Assembly (NCBI GenBank): GCA_002011035.2
Contig: MTLY02000002.1
Location: forward strand, 192,001 to 256,000
DNA length: 64,000 bases
Reading direction: 5' to 3'
DNA from: Candidatus Hecatella orcuttiae
Lineage (GTDB): Archaea; Thermoproteota; Bathyarchaeia; Hecatellales; Hecatellaceae
In this document: positions 9,410-18,652 of the stretch, one piece after another
Layout of the letters: every line of letters starts with the position of its first letter
Numbering within the stretch: position 1 is the stretch's first letter
Notes under the pieces: generated by a model
Databases searched by the model: none
The model's input: the letters and a program-made list of their open reading frames with translations, nothing else
Told to the model about the DNA's origin: nothing
Translations under genes and position numbers: made by a program

Positions 9410-10484
9410 GTCCATGAAGGATAGGAAAAAACAGGTACTGGAGAGGTTGAAAGAGTTAGGGGAGAACATCTGCGGCCAGATTGAGAAAGGCATTTTCCCC
9501 TGGCTGGAGATGCCCAGCCGTTCAACTTCAAACATCCAGTACGATAAAAAAATCCGCCAATATGTGCTGGGAGATAAAACAATAAAGCGGGTCACCCGCA
9601 ATGTCCGCCACATCCGCCCTTTCACCCAGCTGGTTTGGCTGGGGGACATGGTGAACATGCTCATCCGCCAAGGCAAAACCAGCACCCTGAGGGATATGTT
9701 CTACATGTCCCAAGCCTATGAGGTGGATTTCACCGACCAAGCAGAGTCAGACGACATCGTCACAGACTTGGAGAGTCTGATTAAATTCGCCCGAGAGGAC
9801 TTCAACGTCTTCCCCGAAGAGAGGTCGGCCATCTACGCCAATCTGACCATCGAATACACGGTGCCGAGATATGAGGGAAAACGGCTGAACCTCACCGTTC
9901 ACCCCGACGGCGTTATCATCGGCCCGGCTTTGGCCAGCGCTGAGTTTATAGACACTGACGCTGAGATGGTTCTCTGCATCGAGAAAGGCGCTATGTTTAC
10001 GAGATTTCTGGAGGAAGAAGTTCATAAAAAGTTTAAGGCGGTGCTCATCCACACAGCCGGGCAGGCTCCTAGAGCTACAAGGCACATCATCCACAGGCTT
10101 AACCGGGAGCTGAATCTCCCCGTCTACATCTTCTGCGACGCCGACCCTTGGGGAATGCACATCGCCCAAGTCATCATCAGCGGCTCAGCCAACGCAGCCC
10201 ACCTGAGGGAGCTGACCACTCCCGACGCCAAATGGGCTGGAGTCTGGGCTTCCGACATCGTCAAATATCAGCTGCCCTCGGAGAGACTGAAGGAACTGGA
10301 TTTGAAGAGGCTGAAGGAACTGGAGCGGGACCCCCGCTACAGGGAGGAGTTGTGGCAGAGGGAAATTCAAGTTTTCTACGACATCAAGAAGAAAGCTGAG
10401 CAAGAGGCCTTCAGTCGTTATGGTTTGACTAAAATTGTGGAGGACTATCTGCCTAAACGAATGGAAGAGATTAAAAGCTATTAA
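9390..10484 (+). CDS. top6A: DNA topoisomerase VI subunit A
   Basis: TLRDMFY (catalytic Tyr), QAESD, IEKGA, G.APRATR, DADPWG, KAEQEA. Confidence 0.97.
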   Translation: MVRKKTESMKDRKKQVLERLKELGENICGQIEKGIFPWLEMPSRSTSNIQYDKKIRQYVLGDKTIKRVTRNVRHIRPFTQLVWLGDMVNMLIRQGKTSTLRDMFYMSQAYEVDFTDQAESDDIVTDLESLIKFAREDFNVFPEERSAIYANLTIEYTVPRYEGKRLNLTVHPDGVIIGPALASAEFIDTDAEMVLCIEKGAMFTRFLEEEVHKKFKAVLIHTAGQAPRATRHIIHRLNRELNLPVYIFCDADPWGMHIAQVIISGSANAAHLRELTTPDAKWAGVWASDIVKYQLPSERLKELDLKRLKELERDPRYREELWQREIQVFYDIKKKAEQEAFSRYGLTKIVEDYLPKRMEEIKSY

Positions 10485-10571
10485 CAAGTTGAAAACCTAG
10501 AGTCGCATGGTAGCTTAACAGTTTTTTAGCGGTTGGACGCTGGAGGCGGAATAAGGTTAATATCTTTATGC

Positions 10572-10595
10572 CGTTATGTTTATAAGAATATTTCG
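10572..10595. promoter_or_regulatory. Possible ModE-like operator upstream of tupBC
   Basis: CGTTATGT-N8-ATATTTCG resembles the ModE box CGTTATAT-Nx-ATATAACG; upstream of a tungstate/molybdate transporter. Confidence 0.35.
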
Positions 10596-10687
10596 ATAAA
10601 ACTTTTGTCAAACACCGCCAAGCCAGCGTATTATCTCGCTTAAAGGCGATGGAGGAATTCATTAACCCAACTTTAAGTTGATAGACT

Positions 10688-11392
10688 ATGGTCTGGGAGG
10701 CTGTGGAGGGCGCTCAAAAGGCTTTAGAGCTCATAATGTCCGGAGACCCCATGGTGATAGAAATCACCCTGAGGTCGGTCTACGTTTCAGGCTTAGCCAC
10801 TCTTTTAGCTTCTTCATGGAGCTTGCCTCTGGGAGCAGCGATAGCTCTGAAAAATTTTAGAGGAAAACGGCCGGTTAAGGGCTTATTCAACACGCTTTTG
10901 GGCATGCCTACGGTGGCTTTAGGGCTTCTTCTCTATCTTGCCCTTTCAAGAAGCGGGCCGTTGGGATTTCTCCAACTCTTGTATACCCCTATGGCGATAG
11001 CCTTGGGGCAAGCCATCTTGGTGACTCCCATCATCGTCAGCTTCACCGTCAGCGCCATCGAATCCGTGGACCCTGAAATTCGGGATTTGGCCAGGACTTT
11101 GGGGGCTTCGGAACTCCAAGCAGGCTTGGCTGTTCTAGGGGAAGCAGCGGGAGGTGTTGTCTTAGCGGTTACAGCAAGCTTCAACAGGGCCATAGCCGAA
11201 CTGGGTGTGGCTTTGATGGTGGGAGGCAACATTCGAGGGGCCACCAGAGTTTTGACAACGACCATCGCCCTTGAAACGACCCGTGGGGAGATAGTGTTAG
11301 GAATAGCTTTAACCATCATCCTGTTGCTTGTGGTTTTCTCCTTGAGCCTTGCTGTAAACCTAGCTGGGAGGAGGACGACTTGGAGGTTTTGA
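10688..11392 (+). CDS. tupB: Tungstate/molybdate ABC transporter permease
   Basis: GMPTVALGL, SRSGPLG, LYTP.A...GQ, ELGVALMVGGNI...TRVLTT.IALET. Confidence 0.9.
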   Translation: MVWEAVEGAQKALELIMSGDPMVIEITLRSVYVSGLATLLASSWSLPLGAAIALKNFRGKRPVKGLFNTLLGMPTVALGLLLYLALSRSGPLGFLQLLYTPMAIALGQAILVTPIIVSFTVSAIESVDPEIRDLARTLGASELQAGLAVLGEAAGGVVLAVTASFNRAIAELGVALMVGGNIRGATRVLTTTIALETTRGEIVLGIALTIILLLVVFSLSLAVNLAGRRTTWRF

Positions 11393-12099
11393 TGGAGCTC
11401 AAGGACATCGTTAAAACCTACGGGAGGATAACCGCCCTAGACCACGTGAGCTTGAAAGTTAGAAGAGGAGAGACCCTCGCCCTCCTCGGCTCCAACGGAG
11501 CCGGAAAGACGACGATGCTGAAGATCATGGGAGGAATCCTCAAACAGGACAGCGGAAATATCTACTACGGCAGGGAGAAGATCGATGACCGTAACCTGAA
11601 GCTTCTCCGAAGAAACAGCACCATGGTTTTCCAGAAAACGGTGCTCTTTAACTCCGATGTATATGGGAACGTAGCCTACGGGCTTGAGCTGAGACGCATC
11701 CCTGAAGCAGATTTAGAACATCGAGTCCGGGAAGCCTTGAGCCAAGTGGGACTGGAGGGCTATGAAAAGAGACCTGTGAAAACTCTCTCGGGAGGAGAAC
11801 AGCAGAGAGTGTCTCTCGCCAGAGCTCTTGCCTTAAAGCCTGAGCTTTTGCTCCTCGACGAGCCTACAGCAAACCTAGACCCTGAGAACGCGGCTGCGGT
11901 TGAGAAAATCATAAAGGAGTTCAAAGGCGCCACCACCGTCATCCTAGCTACCCATAATCTTTTTCAGGCGAAAAGACTGTCGGACAGAATTGCATACATG
12001 GCAAGGGGAGTTTTGGTTGAAGAAGGTTCTCCGGAAGAAATCTTTCAAAGACCTAGGGATGAAAGGACAGCGAGATTCGTCCGAGGCTTCGCCTTTTGA
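11380..12099 (+). CDS. tupC: Tungstate/molybdate ABC transporter ATPase
   Basis: GSNGAGKT, LSGGEQQR, LLDEPTANLD; overlaps the permease gene. Confidence 0.85.
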   Translation: MEVLMELKDIVKTYGRITALDHVSLKVRRGETLALLGSNGAGKTTMLKIMGGILKQDSGNIYYGREKIDDRNLKLLRRNSTMVFQKTVLFNSDVYGNVAYGLELRRIPEADLEHRVREALSQVGLEGYEKRPVKTLSGGEQQRVSLARALALKPELLLLDEPTANLDPENAAAVEKIIKEFKGATTVILATHNLFQAKRLSDRIAYMARGVLVEEGSPEEIFQRPRDERTARFVRGFAF

Positions 12100-12134
12100 A
12101 AAGTTTTCTGGAAATGCGCTGCTGAGTCTAACGA

Positions 12135-13151
12135 TTACGCTCCTAATCTGTTTATTAGGCTTGATTTTTCGCGGTTCACAGTTTCTCTGACCAGAGCGGC
12201 TATCGCCCTGTGGTCTCTAGGATTGAATCCCGCTGTCTCCAGCTTCTTTAAGCTTTCCATCATGCCTTTGAGGTGGGGTTCTGGCAGTTTTTCGAGGAGG
12301 AAAAGATTCTCCTTCAGATAGCTTCCAACGTCTCGAAGGCTTATCTGCCTGATTTTTTTCTCCTCACAGAGAACAGCTATGACCACAGGGTTGGTTTCTT
12401 TGTTCGCAACGTCTTCCTCCAGCTTTCTGAAGTCATTGGCTGCCATCTGCATCAAAACCGCGGAGCAAAGCCAGAATTCAGAAAGATAGTCTTGGATTTC
12501 TTCGCTCTCTCCTCCGCTCTCCATGTAGACAATTCTAGCTATATACGCACCCATCAAGCCGAGTTTTTTCTCTAAAAGTTTAACTGCGCTTTCCCAGCTT
12601 GGAAATTTCTCCCTTAACCAGTCGACATCATCTTGCAAAAGGTGGAGGCGGACTGCCTTGTCTTCTTCTTGACCTGCCTCCAGCCGGGTTCTGCCTTCCT
12701 GGTATAGGTTTAACGATGAAGAGTGATACTGCCTGAACCTTTCATAGACAAGGCTTTTTAAACGCTGAGAGACCTTTGCTAAAAAATTGTAAGTTCTCCG
12801 CCTAGCTTCAAATTCCTCAGCATAAAGCTTATGTTTCAAGCTGAGAACTTCTGGGCGAAACTCGTCGTCCATGGTGTCCAGCACATCCGACTCGAAGGCT
12901 GTGAGTCGGAGGGATGCTGCCAACCGAAGGGACGGCTTCCGGAACGCTGCGTCAACGTATCCTCTGTTTCCTTTCCACACCACAAATGATTGGATAGTTG
13001 CCGCCTTCGACAGTCTGGTATGATAGTTTAGTAGAAAGCTGAGTTCTTCCGGGAAATTTTTAAAATGTTCCTTCAAAGTCTTTTTCATCATGAAGCTGGC
13101 AAGCTGGTCTGAAAAGGAGTAAAGCAAACCCAGATACGCCTTAGGCATCAT
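12135..13151 (-). CDS. Hypothetical protein with class I isoprenoid synthase (terpene synthase/trans-prenyltransferase) fold features
   Basis: Helical-looking sequence with two Asp-rich motifs at the expected spacing: SDVLDTMDDE and QMAANDFRKLEEDVANKETN. Confidence 0.55.
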   Translation of the reverse strand: MMPKAYLGLLYSFSDQLASFMMKKTLKEHFKNFPEELSFLLNYHTRLSKAATIQSFVVWKGNRGYVDAAFRKPSLRLAASLRLTAFESDVLDTMDDEFRPEVLSLKHKLYAEEFEARRRTYNFLAKVSQRLKSLVYERFRQYHSSSLNLYQEGRTRLEAGQEEDKAVRLHLLQDDVDWLREKFPSWESAVKLLEKKLGLMGAYIARIVYMESGGESEEIQDYLSEFWLCSAVLMQMAANDFRKLEEDVANKETNPVVIAVLCEEKKIRQISLRDVGSYLKENLFLLEKLPEPHLKGMMESLKKLETAGFNPRDHRAIAALVRETVNREKSSLINRLGA

Positions 13152-13180
13152 CGGTGAACAACTTAGCCTCCGCTACCGGC

Positions 13181-14110
13181 TTAGAATTCATAGATTTCCG
13201 GCCCAAAGATCCCTGCGATTATAACTCTCTTTCTGAGGATATGAGGCGTTGGAGGGGGGGCGGTAATTTTACCCTCTGGTGTGAAAACTCTAAATGAAAG
13301 AGACCCAAGTTTTTCGTGAACGAAATACATTTCAGCCTCCCTCTTCGACCGAACAAGAGCCCTTTCGCCGGAGCTGTATTTTTTAAGGTACTGGGTTGCC
13401 TCGTTGAGCATCATGCTTCTCAGCGCCAAGGCTACTAGGTAGATGAGTTGAGGGTCAGTCCAAGTTCGGCTGGAGGAGCCCTGTTGCACGTAGACAAAGC
13501 TGCTGTAGTCGGATTTCGAGGGGGGAAGCATCATGCCTGTGGGACATTGAAGTTTGGTATGCCTCACTGTCACGTTTACATCTGGAAGAAGTTGGAAGAG
13601 GGCTTCGTTTTTGACAGCCCAGTCTAGGGAGTAATTGATGAGGAAATGGGCAGTGAAAGTTGAATTGTTTTTCGTTTTCTCCTCCAACTTCTTGAGGTCT
13701 TGGGCGAAATGACCTGAAACTCCCTCAGGCTCTATACTGGAGTCTAGGTCTCCTAAAAACCTAAGCCTCACATTGAATTTGGCTGCGTAGTCGTCGTAGA
13801 TTACGTAAAGCCGTTTGAGGGCGTCGTAGATCTGGGGATAATTCTCCCTCAACCTATGTCTTTCCTCGATCACATTGATGTAACAGGCGGGACTGCCGAG
13901 GATTCTGAGAATGTGAAACAATCTTAAGGAGAAAATCCCCCCATCCACATAGGCTTCCGAACCCTCTAGGTCCGTGGAAGTCCTCATGCCGTCGGTCATC
14001 TCGTAAATGACCATCTTCCTGACCTTCTCCAAGGGATGCTCTATTCTGAGAGCCTCGCAGGCAGCGAGAAAAGTGTCGAGTACCTCTTCGCCTTCGGGAA
14101 GTTTAAACAA
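13181..14110 (-). CDS. Divergent cis-prenyltransferase-fold protein (UppS/Rv3378c-like)
   Basis: MTDGMRT (cf. IMDGNRR), VRLRFLGDL, EEKTKNN..F..HFLINYS, PDVNVTVR (cf. PDPDLLIR); lacks the canonical FSTENW and RTSGE.RLSNF. Confidence 0.7.
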   Translation of the reverse strand: MFKLPEGEEVLDTFLAACEALRIEHPLEKVRKMVIYEMTDGMRTSTDLEGSEAYVDGGIFSLRLFHILRILGSPACYINVIEERHRLRENYPQIYDALKRLYVIYDDYAAKFNVRLRFLGDLDSSIEPEGVSGHFAQDLKKLEEKTKNNSTFTAHFLINYSLDWAVKNEALFQLLPDVNVTVRHTKLQCPTGMMLPPSKSDYSSFVYVQQGSSSRTWTDPQLIYLVALALRSMMLNEATQYLKKYSSGERALVRSKREAEMYFVHEKLGSLSFRVFTPEGKITAPPPTPHILRKRVIIAGIFGPEIYEF

Positions 14111-14219
14111 CCTTATCTACAGCTCCAAGATAGGGTTGCTAAAAGTTTAAGCTAACCTTTTTGTCTTAAGCTTTTCTCCGACTCGAAAACGTGAACGAGG
14201 GTCTCAGGGAAATTCGCAG

Positions 14220-15278
14220 CTATGGGTGTATGGCCACCTTGATGGCCTTGCCTTGAGCCATGGATTTTAAGCCTTCTTCCACCCGGCTGAGCGGCATCTC
14301 CTGGGTGATAAATTCCTTTGCTTTGATGGCGCCGGAAGATATCAGACTTAAAGCTTTTTCGACACAGTGAGGTGTATGGTGGAAGACGCCCTTTATTGTA
14401 AGCTCCCCGTAGTGAACAGTCCCCGCGTCGAATGGTACAGTGCTTCCAGAAGGGCAGCCTCCGAAGAGGATGATTCGGCCTCCTTTCCCAGTCATCTGCA
14501 CGGCTTTTCTCCATGTTTCCGGAGAGCCCACGGCTTCGATGACAACTTCCGCTCCTCTTCCGCCCGTAAGTTTTCTCACTTCTTCCACCTGATCCACTTT
14601 CGACGCGTCGACTAAGCAGTCGGCTCCCAGTTTACGGGCGTTCTCAAGCCTTAAATTCGACAGGTCTGAAACTATAACCTCCCTCGCACCTTTTATCTTC
14701 GCCAGTTGCAGGTGCAGGAGGCCTATGGGCCCCGCCCCTATGATGGCCACCCGCTCGCCTAGGCCGATGTCGGCAAGTTCCACACCGTGGACTACGCAGG
14801 CTAAGGGCTCCAGCAAGGCGGCTTCCTCAAAGGAAACATGGCGGGGCACTTCGTACATGTTTTGCTGAACTATTCTGGCTGGGATTTTGATGTACTCCGC
14901 GTAGGCTCCTGGAATGGAGAAGCCGATTACATTTTCACTTAGGTTTTCGCAGAGGTTAGGTTTTCCCCTTTTACAGTAGTAGCAAGTGTTGCAGGGGGCT
15001 GTGTTGGCAGCGACGACCCTCATCCCCTTCCTGAAGCCTACAACTTCCCCGCCTATCTTGACTATGCGGCCGGAAAATTCATGTCCAATTATCATGGGAG
15101 GCTTAGTCAGGGGATGGCCAACCTTGTACATTTTCAGGTCGGTGCCGCAGGTTAAGACGACTTCAACCTTAACTAGAACATCCCGTGGGCCGATTTTAGG
15201 TATGTCCACTGTTTCCAGCTTTATGTCGCCTGGCTTATGGTATACCGCTGCTTTCATCCTACCATCCATTTTCATCAC
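14220..15278 (-). CDS. Zinc-dependent (MDR family) alcohol/polyol dehydrogenase
   Basis: CGTD, GHE, CNTCYYC...C structural Zn site, GAGPIG Rossmann motif. Confidence 0.92.
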   Translation of the reverse strand: MMKMDGRMKAAVYHKPGDIKLETVDIPKIGPRDVLVKVEVVLTCGTDLKMYKVGHPLTKPPMIIGHEFSGRIVKIGGEVVGFRKGMRVVAANTAPCNTCYYCKRGKPNLCENLSENVIGFSIPGAYAEYIKIPARIVQQNMYEVPRHVSFEEAALLEPLACVVHGVELADIGLGERVAIIGAGPIGLLHLQLAKIKGAREVIVSDLSNLRLENARKLGADCLVDASKVDQVEEVRKLTGGRGAEVVIEAVGSPETWRKAVQMTGKGGRIILFGGCPSGSTVPFDAGTVHYGELTIKGVFHHTPHCVEKALSLISSGAIKAKEFITQEMPLSRVEEGLKSMAQGKAIKVAIHP

Positions 15279-15304
15279 TCCACTCGCTGGTGCCGGGTCC
15301 TCCT

Positions 15305-16336
15305 TTAAGGGGTGATGATTATTTTCAGCGATTCTTTTCCTTCAGCAGCCAACTTTAAAGCATCAGCAACCTGGTCCAGCTTAAAAGAGTGGGTTATCAG
15401 TCCGCTCAACTCAAGCCGTTTGGTTTCCATCAGCCTTAAAGCCATATTTGTTTCCAGCTCCGTCGTCGAGTAGCTGGGAATGAGGGATATTTCCTGGATG
15501 AAAATTTTGCTAACATCATAGGAGAACACGGCTCCCTTCAGGGGAGCTCCGAAAAGAACCACGGTTCCACCTTTCCTCACCGAATCCAAACCCTGCCTGA
15601 TCGCTTCAATGCTTCCAGTAGCAACTATGACAGCGTCCACGCCTAAGCCGTGGGTGAGATTCTTCACAGCGAGAACAGGGTCTTCGCGCAGAGAGTTGAA
15701 GACAGCTTCAGCCCCAAATTTCTCAGCCGCCGCTAACCTAAAATCGACGAGGTCGCTGACGAAAATTCTACCTACTCCTAACAACTTCAGAAGCTTGGCG
15801 AAGATCAGCCCTGCAGGTCCGGCGCCGATGATCATCACGTCATCACCGGGTTGAAGACTTAGTTTCTTCGCACCTCTTATGCAACAGCCTACAGGCTCTA
15901 TGAGGGTGGCTTCTTGGAAAGAGATACCCCGCGGAATTTTAAGGACGGCGCCTCTCTTCACATTGGCGGCGGGGACTTTGAAATACTCTGCAAATCCTCC
16001 GGGGTCTAAGTTTGTGCGCGGAAATTCTTCGCACATCGTGTAGTCTCCATGCCTACAATAGTGGCATTTGTAGCAAGGGACATGATGATGAGTGAAAACT
16101 CTGTCGCCCACTCTCAGTCCCTCTACCCCTTCACCAACTTCCACAACTTCGCCCACTACTTCATGGCCTAAAACAGGGGGGGTGAGAAAGTAACCAGCAG
16201 TTTTCTCCACATCCGTTCCACAGACCCCACAAGCTTTCATCTTCACCAGCACTTCTCCACGCCCTATCTTGGGGATGGGGACATCCTCAACTCTTACGTC
16301 GCTGGGACCCCTCAGAAAAGCGGCTTTCATCTTCAC
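15305..16336 (-). CDS. Zinc-dependent (MDR family) alcohol/polyol dehydrogenase
   Basis: CGTD, GHE, CYKCHYC...C, GAGPAG. Confidence 0.92.
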   Translation of the reverse strand: MKMKAAFLRGPSDVRVEDVPIPKIGRGEVLVKMKACGVCGTDVEKTAGYFLTPPVLGHEVVGEVVEVGEGVEGLRVGDRVFTHHHVPCYKCHYCRHGDYTMCEEFPRTNLDPGGFAEYFKVPAANVKRGAVLKIPRGISFQEATLIEPVGCCIRGAKKLSLQPGDDVMIIGAGPAGLIFAKLLKLLGVGRIFVSDLVDFRLAAAEKFGAEAVFNSLREDPVLAVKNLTHGLGVDAVIVATGSIEAIRQGLDSVRKGGTVVLFGAPLKGAVFSYDVSKIFIQEISLIPSYSTTELETNMALRLMETKRLELSGLITHSFKLDQVADALKLAAEGKESLKIIITP

Positions 16337-16341
16337 CTACC

Positions 16342-16368
16342 TAATTGATTTAAGATTTCAATCAATTA
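16342..16368. promoter_or_regulatory. Palindromic operator-like inverted repeat
   Basis: TAATTGATT-N9-AATCAATTA, perfect 9-bp arms, between a TTTAAA TATA-like box (about 16376-16381) and the dehydrogenase start. Confidence 0.55.
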
Positions 16369-16572
16369 ATGAGGCTTTAAAGCCCGCTGAAAGTTTAAAA
16401 ACTTTCCATTCCTCTAACGCTGCAAGTTGCACTTTTTCCTCCGTTGCGATCGTAATGTTATTTAGGCATCAGTGTCAAGATCTTTTTTGAAAAATGGCTG
16501 ATTTTAACCTAAGGGAAGGACCTTCAAGCTTGACTGGGAAAATAGGTTTGCTTATTCTTTTGTCAACGTATT

Positions 16573-17946
16573 TTGAATATTGAGGTGTTGAAAATCACGG
16601 ACGTTGTCCTTATCTATCCATACTTCGCCCCTAAGATGGATAGGTCCATTTTTAGAGTTCCTCCCCTCGGTCTGGGCTACATTGCCTCCTACATAAGGCG
16701 CAACGGTTTTTCTGTAAAAATCGTAGATTGCACATTTCTGAGCTGGAAAAAAGCTGTTGACTCGGTGAGGCGGCTGAAACCATCCATCATCGGGATTTAC
16801 TCCATGTTTTCCATGGCGGAGCCTGCGACTCGGTTTGCTCAAGTCCTGAGGGGTGATTGCGCGCTTCTGGTCGCAGGGGGGCCTCTACCAAGCGTGAGGC
16901 CGGAGATTTTTTTGGAGAATTTTGACTTAGCAGTCAAAGGGGAAGGGGAGCAAACGTTTCTGGATATCGTGAAATGTTTTACGGAAGGAGGAGACCTTTC
17001 ACGTATCCCTGGCATTTTCCACAGCAAGAGTGAAGAAATAGCATTCACGGGGAACAGAAAGCCCTTTAAAAACTTGGACACCCTTCCCTTTCCGGCGCGA
17101 GACCTCTTTCCCAACAGGGATTACATCCTTTATTGGCGGAAGCGAGGTCACCCTCCTAAAACATCGATAATTACAACCCGGGGTTGCCCTTTCAGCTGCG
17201 ATTTTTGCAGCAACGCTGTCTTCGGTGTATCCTACCGGGAGAGAACAGCGAAGAATGTAGTCGAAGAAGTGGAAGATGCTTTGAAATTTGGATATGATGG
17301 CATATTTTTTGTCGACGATTGTTTTACTCTCAACAGGAAGAGGGTGGTGGAGATTTGCGATGAGATCCTAGCTAGAGACCTCGACTTTGAATGGGAATGC
17401 CTCTCTAGGGTTGATAACATAGACCGCGAGCTGGCGGGAAAGATGAAGCGGGCAGGATGCCGCAGGATTTTCTTCGGTATAGAGTCGGGAAATGAGAGAA
17501 CCCTGAGAATCATGGCGAAACACTTCTCCTTGGAGGAGGCTAGGAGAACCGTGGAGAACGTGGCTTCAGCCGGAATAAAGGCAGGAGCATTCTTCATCAT
17601 CGGCTACCCTGGGGAGACGGATGAAAGCATCCTAGATACCATCAATTTTTCAACCTCACTCCCTCTGGAATATCTTTCTTTCACACTGCCCTATCCTATT
17701 CCCGGCACAGGGTTGTATGAAAAAGTCAAGGATAGAATGACCCTCACAGACTGGGTCAGGCCGAAACTGGGATTGATCGACCATTCGCTGATCTACAAGT
17801 CGCATTTCTCCAGCGCTAAACTGAAATTTGCCATCCTAAAAGGCACTGTTCAATTTCAAATCAAGAAGCGGCTGGGTAGGTTCTCATGGCCCGTTGAGAA
17901 GCCCTTTAAAAAAATAACCAACTATGTTTTCAAAAAGTTGGTGTAA
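16573..17946 (+). CDS. B12-binding domain radical SAM protein (class B methyltransferase-like)
   Basis: PPLGLGYIAS, GGP, GEGE, RGCPFSCDFC, GIESG, IIGYPGET; TTG 16588 after GAGGTG is a likely true start. Confidence 0.93.
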   Translation: MNIEVLKITDVVLIYPYFAPKMDRSIFRVPPLGLGYIASYIRRNGFSVKIVDCTFLSWKKAVDSVRRLKPSIIGIYSMFSMAEPATRFAQVLRGDCALLVAGGPLPSVRPEIFLENFDLAVKGEGEQTFLDIVKCFTEGGDLSRIPGIFHSKSEEIAFTGNRKPFKNLDTLPFPARDLFPNRDYILYWRKRGHPPKTSIITTRGCPFSCDFCSNAVFGVSYRERTAKNVVEEVEDALKFGYDGIFFVDDCFTLNRKRVVEICDEILARDLDFEWECLSRVDNIDRELAGKMKRAGCRRIFFGIESGNERTLRIMAKHFSLEEARRTVENVASAGIKAGAFFIIGYPGETDESILDTINFSTSLPLEYLSFTLPYPIPGTGLYEKVKDRMTLTDWVRPKLGLIDHSLIYKSHFSSAKLKFAILKGTVQFQIKKRLGRFSWPVEKPFKKITNYVFKKLV

Positions 17947-18015
17947 AATCTTTAAAATAAATGGAAAACCGCAAAATTGTTTTGCATTCTTCATCGCCCT
18001 TCCGCAATCCGGCCT

Positions 18016-18477
18016 TCAACGGCATATCCAGTTTATCTTGGGGTCGCTTTTAACGGCCGGATGGTGCGGATCCACCAAGATGACTTCAAACCATTTGTAT
18101 TTTCCATCTTTCCAAAGCCAGTAGCTGTTGAGGACTTTGAGGTTGGGGTACTTCTTAGCTACCCTCTCCTCGGCTATCTGCTTCAAGCTTTTGGCTCCCT
18201 TGATTTTCAGGACGCCCATTTTCTTGGGTCTTCTCCCTCCCTTAGGCCTCAGCCGCTGGAATCCCCCGCGGCCAACCCGCACTCTGACCACCACGTAGCC
18301 TGGTTTAGCGCGGTAGCCTAGGCTTCTAGCTCTATTTAGCCTAGTGGGTGTTTCCACTCTGACTATGGTGGGTCCCCGACGCCAACGGATAGCTCGGTCT
18401 CGTATGACTTGTTTGAGACTTGACTTCTCAGGGGATTTCCACATCTCCGCTAGCTGTCTATACACGTTCAGTCCCAT
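18016..18477 (-). CDS. rpl15e: 50S ribosomal protein L15e (short form)
   Basis: [41 protein letters not shown]. Confidence 0.97.
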   Translation of the reverse strand: MGLNVYRQLAEMWKSPEKSSLKQVIRDRAIRWRRGPTIVRVETPTRLNRARSLGYRAKPGYVVVRVRVGRGGFQRLRPKGGRRPKKMGVLKIKGAKSLKQIAEERVAKKYPNLKVLNSYWLWKDGKYKWFEVILVDPHHPAVKSDPKINWICR

Positions 18478-18652
18478 TCCTTCCCTTTTCACGGATCTCC
18501 GAGATCGGCTAGACAGTTAGTTCTATTGGGAGTTCCCTAAAAACGTTGCTCCCAGCTAGAGGGAAACTGTTAATAGGTTAAAAATTATCTTTTTTAAAAA
18601 GAACAAACTCGGCTTGTTAGGAGTTGAAAAAGCAGAAAGGTGACAGCCAACC

